From a virus: a stretch of DNA of 64,000 nt. Under the pieces are notes generated by a model. That model saw only the letters and a program-made list of their open reading frames with translations, had not been told where the DNA came from and searched no databases. Both the position numbers and the translations under genes were made by a program. The stretch lies in the IMG/VR virus record IMGVR_UViG_3300032287_003559, positions 111,136 to 175,135 of that record; one strand, written 5' to 3'. Of this stretch, positions 9,030-17,927 are shown piece by piece (within the stretch, counting starts at the first letter, position 1; every line of letters begins with the position of its first letter).

Positions 9030-10320
9030 ATGACTGCTTCAATTGCTCAACAACGACAACTTAATACTTGGGACCAGTTCTGTGACTGGGTTACTTCAAC
9101 GAACAACCGACTTTATGTTGGTTGGTCGGGAACTATTATGATTCCGTGTCTTCTTGCTGCTACTGCATGTTTTATTCTTGCATTTATCGCAGCACCGCCG
9201 ACAGACATTGATGGAATTAGGGAACCAGTTGCTGGTTCTCTTATGTGGGGAAACAATATTATCTCTGGTGCTGTTGTTCCTTCGTCCAATGCGATTGGAC
9301 TACACTTTTATCCAATCTGGGAAGCACAATCTCTAGATGAATGGGCATATAATGGAGGTGAATACCAACTCATTGTTTTCCACTTCCTTATTGGTATTTG
9401 GATGTATGCTATGCGAGAGTGGGAACTCTCTTATCGTCTTGGTATGCGTCCATGGATTTTTGTTGCCTATTCTGCTCCTGCTATTGCTGCAACTGCCGTA
9501 TTTCTCCTTTATCCAATTGGACAAGGAAGTTTTAGTGATGGTATGCCTCTTGGTATTTCTGGAACCTTTAACTTTATGCTTGTATTCCAAGCAGAGCACA
9601 ACATCTTGATGCACCCATTTCATATGATGGGAGTTGCGGGTGTATTTGGTGGTGCCTTTGCTGGAGCAATGCACGGTTCTTTGGTTACTTCTTCACTTGT
9701 TCGTGAGACGACTGAAACTGAATCTCAAAACTATGGATATAAGTTTGGTCAGGAAGAGGAAACATATAATATTGTTGCTGCACACGGATATTTCGGTCGT
9801 TTGATTTTTCAATACGCATCATTTAATAACTCCCGTTCTCTGCACTTCTTTCTTGCTGCACTTCCAGTAATTGGTATTTGGTTTACTTCTCTTGGTATTG
9901 CTACTATGAGTTATAATCTTAACGGATTTAATTTTGTTCAAAGTATTACTGATCACCAGGGACGAGTAATTAAAACCTGGGCAGATGTGCTAAATGGGGC
10001 AAATCTTGGAATAGAAGTAATGCATGAGCGTAGATTTGGGTATTGCGTTCTTTAAATCGGATGAATTGCTGGAAACCCCAAGTGGGCAATCAGCAGCCAA
10101 GTCCAAAGTACACTTTGGAAAGGTTCAGAGACTACCTGAGGAATAAAGTTTCCTTAATAACAGGCACGAGCGTCCGACACCAGAAATGGTGATGATATAG
10201 TCCAATCCTGGTAGTAATACCAGAAAACCAAAGGAATAAAAGAATGCCCATAATTTTCCTTTGGACCTTGCATCAGTTGAAGCAACTCCTGTTGCCTTGA
10301 CTGCTCCAACCATCGGGTGA
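9030..10320 (+). CDS. psbA: Photosystem II D1 protein, join(9030..10031,10243..10320), 359 aa
   Basis: D1 sequence to ...EVMHER (codon 334) resumes as [25 protein letters not shown] after a 211-nt insert. Confidence 0.97.
10032..10242 (+). mobile_element. Group I self-splicing intron (211 nt, no internal ORF)
   Basis: 5' exon ends in U and intron ends in G; IGS GCGTTC pairs with exon GAGCGT (P1); TGGGTATT pairs with 3' exon AATGCCCA (P10); core-like AATTGCTGGAAA, AATCAGCAG, GTTCAGAGACTA, GATATAGTCC. Confidence 0.95.
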
Positions 10321-10329
10321 TATAATAAA

Positions 10330-10364
10330 GGGGAACTCTTCGGAGTTCCTTTTTTTATAAATAA
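10330..10364 (+). terminator. psbA terminator followed by late promoter TATAAATA
   Basis: GGGGAACTC-ttcg-GAGTTCCT plus T-run, then TATAAATA. Confidence 0.85.
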
Positions 10365-10386
10365 TTATGCACGAAAGAAAACACGA

Positions 10387-10815
10387 ATGACTAAACTATA
10401 CTCTGAACTTTATAGAACTTGTATGACCTGCGGTAAAGAAAAACTTGCTACGGATTTTTATGTGAGAAATAAAGTTTCTATGGTTCGCCATTCATCTTGT
10501 AAAGAGTGTGATAAAATAAGAGTTAAAAAAAGACATCAAGATAATCCTGAACGCACAAGAAATAATGACCTAAAAAGGAATTATGGCATAACTCTCCAAG
10601 AACATCAGCAAATGTTTGAGGAACAAAAAGGAGTTTGTGCTATTTGTAAAGGTGAAGGTGATGGTAAGTGGAAAAAACTTTGTGTAGACCACGACCATAA
10701 AACTGGAAAGGTTCGTCAATTACTTTGTAGAAATTGTAATATGGTATTGGGTCAGGTTGGAGATAATATAAATCTCTTAGAAGAAATGATTAAATACCTA
10801 CAGAAACATCAATAA
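10387..10815 (+). CDS. Free-standing endonuclease VII-type homing endonuclease (F-CphI-like)
   Basis: CxxC pairs, YGITL..QKGVCAIC, VDHDH, LLCRNCN; immediately 3' of intron-containing psbA. Confidence 0.88.
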   Translation: MTKLYSELYRTCMTCGKEKLATDFYVRNKVSMVRHSSCKECDKIRVKKRHQDNPERTRNNDLKRNYGITLQEHQQMFEEQKGVCAICKGEGDGKWKKLCVDHDHKTGKVRQLLCRNCNMVLGQVGDNINLLEEMIKYLQKHQ

Positions 10816-10816
10816 A

Positions 10817-10891
10817 ATGTTCTTCATCTTAACAGTTTTCATACTTTTCGGTGTCTTTATGTTTATAATGTCTCTTACTCAAGATTTATAA
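10817..10891 (+). CDS. 24-aa hydrophobic peptide
   Basis: MFFILTVFILFGVFMFIMSLTQDL, translated by hand. Confidence 0.45.
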   Translation: MFFILTVFILFGVFMFIMSLTQDL

Positions 10892-10892
10892 T

Positions 10893-11012
10893 ATGTCTCA
10901 TAATAATCAACACGAACCTATGGAACCCTGGGTCTTTTGGGCTGGTATGGGTATTATGATGTTTACAGTTATTATTTTTGTTGTATTCACCCTTTCCATG
11001 ATGTATTGGTGA
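10893..11012 (+). CDS. 39-aa membrane peptide
   Basis: MSHNNQHEPMEPWVFWAGMGIMMFTVIIFVVFTLSMMYW, translated by hand. Confidence 0.55.
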   Translation: MSHNNQHEPMEPWVFWAGMGIMMFTVIIFVVFTLSMMYW

Positions 11013-11090
11013 TAATATGTTCGATTCATAACAAAATCTCACACTTAACCAAGAACTCATTATAATTAGCAATGAGTTCTTTCTTTTTGT

Positions 11091-11756
11091 ATGAAGATCT
11101 TTCTAGATACAGCAGACGTTTCACTTATCAGTTCAGCATACGACACGGGATTACTTGATGGAGTCACTACAAATCCCACTCTAATCCTCAAAAGTGGCAG
11201 ACAACTTCAAGAAGTTATTAATGAGATTGCAAATATATTCCCAGAGTTAGAAAGCATTTCGGCAGAAGTCGTTGCAGATACTGCAGAGGAAATGCTTACA
11301 GAAGCAAAGTATTATTACACAATTTCTCCAAGCGTTACTATCAAAGTTCCTTGTACTGTAGAAGGACTGAAGGCATGTAAGTTCCTATCAAAGCAAGGTA
11401 TTAAAACAAACGTAACCTTGGTGTTCTCAGTCGCACAGGCAATTCTTGCATCAAAAGCAGGAGCAACATTCATCTCACCATTCGTAGGTCGTTGGATGGA
11501 TAACTCAATTGATGGTATTGAGTTGATTAAAAATATTCGTAAGGTATTTGACCGTTCAGGTACAACCACACAGATTCTTGCAGCATCTCTTCGTGATGTA
11601 AGGCAGGTAGAACAATCTGCTCTTAATGGCGCAGATGTGGTTACAATTCCTCCAGTAGTATTCTGGGCAATGTATAAGAACATTATGACTGAAAAGGGAC
11701 TGGAGTTATTCCAAAGGGATTGGGAGGAAGTTCTTAAGTCTAAAGGGGAAAAATGA
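11091..11756 (+). CDS. talC: Transaldolase (TalC/FSA family)
   Basis: MKIFLDTAD, GVTTNPTL, TIKVP, NVTLVFS, ISPFVGR, ILAASLR. Confidence 0.95.
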   Translation: MKIFLDTADVSLISSAYDTGLLDGVTTNPTLILKSGRQLQEVINEIANIFPELESISAEVVADTAEEMLTEAKYYYTISPSVTIKVPCTVEGLKACKFLSKQGIKTNVTLVFSVAQAILASKAGATFISPFVGRWMDNSIDGIELIKNIRKVFDRSGTTTQILAASLRDVRQVEQSALNGADVVTIPPVVFWAMYKNIMTEKGLELFQRDWEEVLKSKGEK

Positions 11757-12253
11757 AAAAGTTTAACGATATAGTTTTATCGGTTACGATTGGAATCATA
11801 GATTTCCTGTATCGTAATCATCCAATACAAAGATTCTGGGTGCTTGAGACTATTGCACGAGCACCATACTTTGCATTTTTAAGTGTTCTTCATTTGAAAG
11901 AATCATTAGGATTAAGGGGAGAAGACCACTTATACCTTATGAAAGAACACTTTGCTCAGACAGTAAATGAAACTGAACATCTGGAGTATATGGAAAGCAT
12001 CGGTGGTGCTGATCGTTGGGTGGATCGTTTATTCGCTTGGCACTTGGTTCTGGTCTATTACTGGATTATGGTTGGTTACTATTTTGTTGATGCTGTGGAT
12101 GCTTACCATATAAATGCAGGTATTGAACTGCACGCAACTAAAACTTATCTAAATTACCTCTGGGAACATCCAGACGATAAAAAGATTGCTAGTATTGCCG
12201 CTGATGAAATGAATCACTATATTGAACTCACACGGGCTATGGAATTAGTTTGA
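11753..12253 (+). CDS. ptox: Plastoquinol terminal oxidase (alternative oxidase family)
   Basis: RFWVLETIARAPYF, ETEHL, ELHATKTY, DEMNH di-iron motifs. Confidence 0.92.
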   Translation: MKKFNDIVLSVTIGIIDFLYRNHPIQRFWVLETIARAPYFAFLSVLHLKESLGLRGEDHLYLMKEHFAQTVNETEHLEYMESIGGADRWVDRLFAWHLVLVYYWIMVGYYFVDAVDAYHINAGIELHATKTYLNYLWEHPDDKKIASIAADEMNHYIELTRAMELV

Positions 12254-13578
12254 TGAAAAATATAATAATCTTTGGTGCAACAGGAGACCTATGCCGTAGG
12301 AAACTAATTCCTGCTCTTTATGAGCTGCATAAGAAGAATCTACTTTCAGAAGATTTTGTGATTACTGGAGCATCCAGAACACAACACAGTAAGCAGAGTT
12401 GGTTACACACGCTTGGTTCTTATCCAGAAGATTTCATTAATCGCTTGGATTATGTTGTTTGTGATTTGTCTGATGCAGAAAGTCTAAAGAAACTGAATAT
12501 GGGAGAAGATGCAACATTCTTTCTCTCAGTTCCTCCAGAACGATATGGTGATGCAGTTCTCAGTTTGAAATCAACAGGTTTCATTGATGATCCGAAAACT
12601 AGTAGGATCATTATTGAAAAGCCTTTTGGATATAATCTACAATCTGCAGAAGAACTGCAAGTAATTGTAGAAGAAAATCTTCGTGAAAATCAGGTTTATC
12701 GTATTGACCATTATCTTGGAAAGGATACAGTCAATAACATTCTTGCTACAAGGTTCAGTAATATTCTTCTTGAACCTCTGTGGAATCGTGATTATGTTGA
12801 GGAGGTTCAAATCTTTGCAACTGAAACGATTGGTTGTGAAGGACGAGCACAGTATTATGAAACTGCTGGTGCTGTAAGAGATATGTTACAGAACCATATG
12901 CTTCAATTGCTTGCCCTGATTGCGATGGAAGCACCTTGTAAGAATAATGCAAAGGAGATTCGTAGAGAGAAGGTCAAAGTTCTTTCTGCAGCACGTCTTG
13001 GAACTAAACTGGTCTGCGGTCAGTATTCTGGATATAAGAATGAAAGTGGTGTAGACTACAACTCCCAGACTCCTACATTCGTTGCTGGTGATATTTACAT
13101 TGATAATTGGAGATGGCAGGGAGTTCCTTTCTACTTTATGACTGGTAAGAAACTACCAGTATCTTGCGTTGAGGTTGTAATCAAACTTAAAGCACCACCA
13201 GTTCGTTTATTTGGCGAACATCAATATAATGATCGTATTGTGATGAGGTTCCAACCAGATCCTCATTTTGATATTCAGATCGATATTAAATCTCCTGGAC
13301 TTGATGATAAGATTGAAACTGCTATCTTGAAACATAATTATCCTGAAGGTGCTATTGATGGATATGTAAAACTTTTTTATGATGCGGTCAATCAAGACCA
13401 ATCACATTTTGTTCATTCAGAAGAAGTGCTAGAATCCTGGAGAATTGTTGATGAACTTCTTTGTGTTGGGGATTCTTGTCCTATCAACACAAGACCTTAT
13501 TCTTATTCTGGAACTTGGGGTCCAGAGAAACAAATACAAAAAATTACTAAGTGGGATTATCCACTAAAACTTGTTTAG
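12253..13578 (+). CDS. zwf: Glucose-6-phosphate dehydrogenase
   Basis: IFGATGDL, EKPFG, YRIDHYLGK, RDMLQNH, RWQGVPF. Confidence 0.96.
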   Translation: MKNIIIFGATGDLCRRKLIPALYELHKKNLLSEDFVITGASRTQHSKQSWLHTLGSYPEDFINRLDYVVCDLSDAESLKKLNMGEDATFFLSVPPERYGDAVLSLKSTGFIDDPKTSRIIIEKPFGYNLQSAEELQVIVEENLRENQVYRIDHYLGKDTVNNILATRFSNILLEPLWNRDYVEEVQIFATETIGCEGRAQYYETAGAVRDMLQNHMLQLLALIAMEAPCKNNAKEIRREKVKVLSAARLGTKLVCGQYSGYKNESGVDYNSQTPTFVAGDIYIDNWRWQGVPFYFMTGKKLPVSCVEVVIKLKAPPVRLFGEHQYNDRIVMRFQPDPHFDIQIDIKSPGLDDKIETAILKHNYPEGAIDGYVKLFYDAVNQDQSHFVHSEEVLESWRIVDELLCVGDSCPINTRPYSYSGTWGPEKQIQKITKWDYPLKLV

Positions 13579-13587
13579 GAGAAAGTT

Positions 13588-14631
13588 ATGAGAGTAGGAT
13601 TAATTGGTTTAGGGCGGATGGGAGAAGGAATGTCCCGTCGTATGATGAAAGCAGGTATCGAAGTTTGGGGATATCGAAGGAATTATGAAAAAGCAAAAGA
13701 AGCATTTGAAAACGGATATGTTAACGGTGTTGCAGATTCTATTCAAAGCCTTGTTCAAATAGTTAAACATAAACAAAGTGGCGTGTCTGATGTATATGGG
13801 TCAGGTATCTTTATGATGGTTGTACCAGCAGAAACAGTAGAGGAAACAATCGATGAGTTACTACGATTTTGTGGTGAAGGAGATATTATTATTGATCATG
13901 GCAATAGCAATTTTAAAGACAGTCGGAAGAGAGCAGAACGTTTGGCAAAGATGGGTATCCAATATATTGATTGCGGTACTAGCGGTGGTGTTTATGGTCT
14001 GGATCGTGGATACTGTCTTATGGTTGGCGGTGGAAATACTGCAGTCGCCACTTGTAAAAGCATTTTTGATGCCCTCTCCCCAGATATTCACTCTGCCCCA
14101 AGGACTAACCCCTGCGACAACGTAACCTCTGCAGAGCACGGTTGGTTGCATTGTGGTGGTCCAGGAGCAGGACATTTTGTGAAGATGGTGCATAATGGTA
14201 TTGAGTATGGTATTATGCAGGCATATGCTGAAGGGTTCAACATTCTAAAGAGTGCAAACAATGGAGCACAATACGTCAAAGAAGGAGATGCAGAGGTCGC
14301 ACCTATGGCAGATCCAGAAAGTTACTGCTATGATATTGATGTTGCTGAAGTGGCTGAGTTATGGCGTCGCGGTAGCGTTGTTAGTAGCTGGTTACTTGAC
14401 CTTACTGCTGATGTGTTGCGCAGCAGCCCAGAGCTTAAACAATTCTCTGGTGGAGTATCCGACAGTGGTGAGGGTCGCTGGACTGTTACTGCCGCTGTGG
14501 ATCTGGGGGTTCCCGCTCCTGTCATCACCACTGCTCTTTATGAAAGATTTAATTCACGCAATCTGGGCACTTTCGCTGCCAAGATTCTAAATGGTATGAG
14601 ATATATGTTTGGGGGACACCACGTTAGATGA
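13588..14631 (+). CDS. gnd: 6-phosphogluconate dehydrogenase (decarboxylating)
   Basis: GLIGLGRMG, DHGNS, GAGHFVKMVHNGIEYG, DSGEGRW, FGGH. Confidence 0.95.
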   Translation: MRVGLIGLGRMGEGMSRRMMKAGIEVWGYRRNYEKAKEAFENGYVNGVADSIQSLVQIVKHKQSGVSDVYGSGIFMMVVPAETVEETIDELLRFCGEGDIIIDHGNSNFKDSRKRAERLAKMGIQYIDCGTSGGVYGLDRGYCLMVGGGNTAVATCKSIFDALSPDIHSAPRTNPCDNVTSAEHGWLHCGGPGAGHFVKMVHNGIEYGIMQAYAEGFNILKSANNGAQYVKEGDAEVAPMADPESYCYDIDVAEVAELWRRGSVVSSWLLDLTADVLRSSPELKQFSGGVSDSGEGRWTVTAAVDLGVPAPVITTALYERFNSRNLGTFAAKILNGMRYMFGGHHVR

Positions 14632-14756
14632 TTAGTTCGGAGACATCTTATAAACTGGCTGAGATCATTCGTGATACTTGGCCAGGTCTTTACAGGAACT
14701 CAAAAGTATCGTATAATAAAACACCTTCCATAAATAATTTTCAAAACTTAAATCAT

Positions 14757-14996
14757 ATGAAATTCACAGTATATTCGAAAGATGGTTGCCCCTATTGCAG
14801 TAAAATCGAACAGGTGCTACAGTTATCCAATCTTGAGCATGTAGTGTATAAGCTTGGAACTGATTTTAATCGAGATCAATTTTATGCTGAATTTGGAGAA
14901 GGATCTACATTTCCACAAGTGATTTTAAATGATCAAGAACATATTGGTGGTTGTACTGATACTGTTCAATATTTAAAGGAGCAAAATCTGGTTTAA
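14757..14996 (+). CDS. Glutaredoxin (frame also open from 14628)
   Basis: YSKDGCPYC, STFPQV, IGGCTD; ATAAATA at 14730. Confidence 0.9.
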   Translation: MKFTVYSKDGCPYCSKIEQVLQLSNLEHVVYKLGTDFNRDQFYAEFGEGSTFPQVILNDQEHIGGCTDTVQYLKEQNLV

Positions 14997-15355
14997 TGGA
15001 AAACACTTTTCACGAAGTTTATTTTGATGTAGAAAAGGCAATTGATCTTGCCTTTAATGGACAATTTGTTTTAAAATTTTATGATTATTTAAAAATTCGC
15101 AAAACACTTAGGCGTGAAGTAGAGGAATTTATTGAAAGTTCTACTGCATCTAATATAAGTAACGTTGTTATGGATTTGGATGAATATCTTGAAGGTGGAT
15201 CAGATAATGCTCATAAACAACTTCGTGAAGGTTATGGTCATATTTCAAAACCTCAAGCAAGAAAAATAAGAAACTATCTTTATAGTATTCTTGAAGATGC
15301 CTGGAGATACAGCGATGACAAAAGACCAGGAAGGAGAAAAAAGAAAACTAAATAA
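14996..15355 (+). CDS. Hypothetical phage protein
   Basis: ORF coupled to the upstream gene via TAATG. Confidence 0.75.
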   Translation: MENTFHEVYFDVEKAIDLAFNGQFVLKFYDYLKIRKTLRREVEEFIESSTASNISNVVMDLDEYLEGGSDNAHKQLREGYGHISKPQARKIRNYLYSILEDAWRYSDDKRPGRRKKKTK

Positions 15356-15521
15356 CTCAGAGCCTCAGATTAATCGAGGTGTTGAATTATTATTACGGAA
15401 TAGGAGGAAGAGAGCATCAGAACCAAAAACTTTTCAAATGAAGTTTGGTAAAATGATCTCTCTATTCCGTAGAGAGTTTCATTTCTTTATAGAATTTCAT
15501 TTTGATATTAAGAAAAAATAA
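15291..15521 (+). CDS. Hypothetical protein (start uncertain)
   Basis: ORF filling the gap between neighbours. Confidence 0.55.
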   Translation: MKMPGDTAMTKDQEGEKRKLNNSEPQINRGVELLLRNRRKRASEPKTFQMKFGKMISLFRREFHFFIEFHFDIKKK

Positions 15522-15539
15522 ACTCTCTGGAGAGAACAA

Positions 15540-15773
15540 ATGGGAACAGCATATGTAATAACATTCATAGTAATGTTCACTTTGCTTTTTTTTATGGTTG
15601 GAGGTATAATTGGCTGGTTAGTTTATAGACATCTGTTAGAAAATAAACCTCCTTATTTACATCCAGAGTTTTTTGATGAGAATGGTCAGATAATACCTGA
15701 CGAAATAGTATCTGTAAGATTTGAAAATAGCGATTACGATTATGAGTACGACGAAGACGAGGAAGAAGACTGA
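15540..15773 (+). CDS. Small membrane protein with acidic tail
   Basis: One transmembrane helix, HPEFFDENG, GGAG RBS. Confidence 0.75.
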   Translation: MGTAYVITFIVMFTLLFFMVGGIIGWLVYRHLLENKPPYLHPEFFDENGQIIPDEIVSVRFENSDYDYEYDEDEEED

Positions 15774-16308
15774 AGATAATATCGAATCTCTTCCCACAAA
15801 TCCTTTTGTGTTTGAAGTTTTAGAACTTGCTTCAAAACAAAGATCAAATGTTAAAAAGGTTGAAGTTCTTAAAGCATATGAACATGATTCTCTTAAAACA
15901 ATTTTTGTTTGGAATTTTGATGAATCTGTAATCTCAATGCTTCCAGAGGGCGATGTTCCTTATGCTGATACAAATGAGCAAACAATTTATTCTGGAACTC
16001 TGTCTGAAAATTTAAAAAGAGAAACTGACGGTGGAGAGTCTGCAACAGGTCAAGATCTTGATGGGAGAGGTAAGACTTCCCTAAGAAAAGAGTATCAAAA
16101 TCTCTATCATTATGTAAAGGGTGGAAATGACTCCCTTACAAATATTCGCAGGGAGATGATGTTTATTAATCTTTTAAGAGGACTTCATTCTAAAGAAGCA
16201 GAGATTTTGATTCTAGTTAAGGATAAAAACCTTACGGATAAATATAAAATAACTCAAGAAATTGTTAAACAAGCCTACCCCGATATTACTTGGGGAGGTC
16301 GTTCGTGA
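15742..16308 (+). CDS. Conserved hypothetical T4-like phage protein
   Basis: ORF with SMLPEGDVPY and RREMMFINLLRGLH..EAEIL. Confidence 0.75.
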   Translation: MSTTKTRKKTEDNIESLPTNPFVFEVLELASKQRSNVKKVEVLKAYEHDSLKTIFVWNFDESVISMLPEGDVPYADTNEQTIYSGTLSENLKRETDGGESATGQDLDGRGKTSLRKEYQNLYHYVKGGNDSLTNIRREMMFINLLRGLHSKEAEILILVKDKNLTDKYKITQEIVKQAYPDITWGGRS

Positions 16309-16349
16309 ATTCTATGAGAAGTTTAATTGATAGAGTAAAGGGAGAAAAT

Positions 16350-16658
16350 ATGACTGAATCTGACAGAAAAGAAAAGCAAGTTCTCCCTCATGAATATGGA
16401 TGTCAGATTCTCTTAGAAAAAACATCAATTGAAAAAGTAAAGGATCCTTCATTTCCAAACGATGCTTATTTAATCTGGTATATTGTTGATGGTAATCAAC
16501 ATATGGACCTAACACGTTGTAGTAGGAAAGTAAATTTATTTGATATGTATTATGATAAGTATGGTCCAGGTGCAGTTCAAAAAATTGATTTTGGTTATGG
16601 AAGAGTGAATCCCCGACTTTGGGGATATAAACAACCTGAGAAAAAGAAAAGAAAATGA
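16350..16658 (+). CDS. Hypothetical protein
   Basis: GGAG RBS before ATG 16350. Confidence 0.7.
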   Translation: MTESDRKEKQVLPHEYGCQILLEKTSIEKVKDPSFPNDAYLIWYIVDGNQHMDLTRCSRKVNLFDMYYDKYGPGAVQKIDFGYGRVNPRLWGYKQPEKKKRK

Positions 16659-16867
16659 GTGCTGGATTTGGTGGTCAAGGAAAAGAAAATAGAATCGGTA
16701 AAGATGCTAGCATTACTATTGACCTAGATAATATAGATATTGTTCTAAAACAATATAAAAAAATTAAAAAGTATCAAAAATCATCTCTGTACGCTATCAA
16801 AACAATGGACGGAACAGAAGATATTGTGAGTTCATTGATAAAGGAAGCGGAGGAAAATCCACTGTAA
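16655..16867 (+). CDS. Hypothetical protein
   Basis: ATGA overlap with the upstream gene. Confidence 0.65.
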   Translation: MSAGFGGQGKENRIGKDASITIDLDNIDIVLKQYKKIKKYQKSSLYAIKTMDGTEDIVSSLIKEAEENPL

Positions 16868-17194
16868 ATGGGGAAGCATTATCTACTCAATTTGTATGGA
16901 TGCTCGTTTGTTCTTTTGGACGACGAGCGTTGTCTTATAGACTTACTAGAAAACGCAGCGATAGCGAGCGGAGCAACTGTAGTTCAAACAATTTCAAAAA
17001 AGTTTGATCCACAGGGAGTTACTGTTATTTGTTTATTATCGGAAAGTCATATAAGCATTCATACATGGCCTGAGGAAGGTAAAGCAGCAGTGGATGTGTA
17101 CACTTGTGGGGATTGTAATCCAAAGATTGGTTGTGATATAATCATTCAGCAACTCTATGCATCCAACCATACATTGAGTTACATAGAACGGTAA
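16868..17194 (+). CDS. speD: S-adenosylmethionine decarboxylase proenzyme
   Basis: GKHYLL, PQGVT, LLSESHISIHTWPE, DVYTCG. Confidence 0.95.
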   Translation: MGKHYLLNLYGCSFVLLDDERCLIDLLENAAIASGATVVQTISKKFDPQGVTVICLLSESHISIHTWPEEGKAAVDVYTCGDCNPKIGCDIIIQQLYASNHTLSYIER

Positions 17195-17229
17195 CAAAAG
17201 TTACACAATAAAAATCTAATATATTAATA

Positions 17230-17325
17230 CGTTCATCGCTTATTGCGACGGAAGTAAGTTGACGCGGAACGGATCGTTCATTCGCTATTCGCAAATAGCG
17301 AACGCAAACGCCGACTGAAGGAACG
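17230..17325 (+). ncRNA. Tandem glutamine riboswitch (glnA-motif-like) aptamers
   Basis: Two CGTTCA...GGAACG-closed units (17230-17271, 17275-17325) with internal hairpins (TCGC/GCGA; TTCGCTATT/AATAGCGAA), upstream of a YRGVxY ORF. Confidence 0.8.
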
Positions 17326-17358
17326 CTCTTTAACCTAAAAAACTAAGGAGAAAACCTA

Positions 17359-17520
17359 ATGTCAAAAGTAGTCTATCGTGGTGTCGAATATGATACCTCA
17401 GATCGTCCTAATCAAACATTTAAGCGTGAACCACGAGTAGAAATCTATCGTGGGTCTATGTTTTATGTTGATGAGAATGGAAACAAACTCTCTATGCAAA
17501 AAGCAGGAGGGCAAAAATGA
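17359..17520 (+). CDS. DUF4278-like small protein (MSKVVYRGVEYDT...)
   Basis: Two YRG motifs, AAGGAG RBS, directly downstream of the aptamers; not in the ORF track. Confidence 0.8.
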   Translation: MSKVVYRGVEYDTSDRPNQTFKREPRVEIYRGSMFYVDENGNKLSMQKAGGQK

Positions 17521-17618
17521 ATACTTACTTCGTTCGTTACCTTAAAAGAAAGGCAAAGAAGGAGAAACTTCTCAAAGACGCACAACTGAATATGGCTAAG
17601 CAACCACAAGTTGCTTGA
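17517..17618 (+). CDS. 33-aa basic peptide
   Basis: MNTYFVRYLKRKAKKEKLLKDAQLNMAKQPQVA; AGGAGG RBS and ATGA overlap. Confidence 0.6.
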   Translation: MNTYFVRYLKRKAKKEKLLKDAQLNMAKQPQVA

Positions 17619-17622
17619 TTCT

Positions 17623-17661
17623 AGAGAGGGACTTGACTCCCTCTCTTTTTTTATCTATAAT
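17623..17661 (+). terminator. Terminator hairpin overlapping a sigma70-like promoter
   Basis: AGAGAGGGA..TCCCTCTCT plus T-run; TTGACT (17633) -17 bp- TATAAT (17656). Confidence 0.75.
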
Positions 17662-17684
17662 TATTTGTGTGAGGGTTTATAAAA

Positions 17685-17927
17685 ATGGATAAAGAAAAAC
17701 TTAAATTCATAGTAAGAAATCTTGAGTCTCTTGTTGACTGTCTTAAGTCGGAAATTTACTCTGATGTTGATGTGAATTCATACAAGCAAGAATTTCAATA
17801 CGAAGAAATTGCCCCTTATATCGATGATTATGATGAAGTTTTTTATGATGAGGAAGATGATAATGAAAAATATGAATCAGTAAAAATTAATAAAAAAAAT
17901 ACAAATAATGATGGAGATGGACTGTGA
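17685..17927 (+). CDS. Acidic hypothetical protein
   Basis: ORF downstream of the promoter. Confidence 0.7.
   Translation: MDKEKLKFIVRNLESLVDCLKSEIYSDVDVNSYKQEFQYEEIAPYIDDYDEVFYDEEDDNEKYESVKINKKNTNNDGDGL

Noticed and set aside
9030-10055. psbA as a truncated pseudogene (341-aa ORF ending RFGYCVL)
   Set aside because: The missing C-terminus is present at 10243-10320 after a recognisable group I intron.
10125-10313. Minus-strand ORF over the intron and exon 2
   Set aside because: Shadow of psbA exon 2 and the intron core; no recognisable motif.
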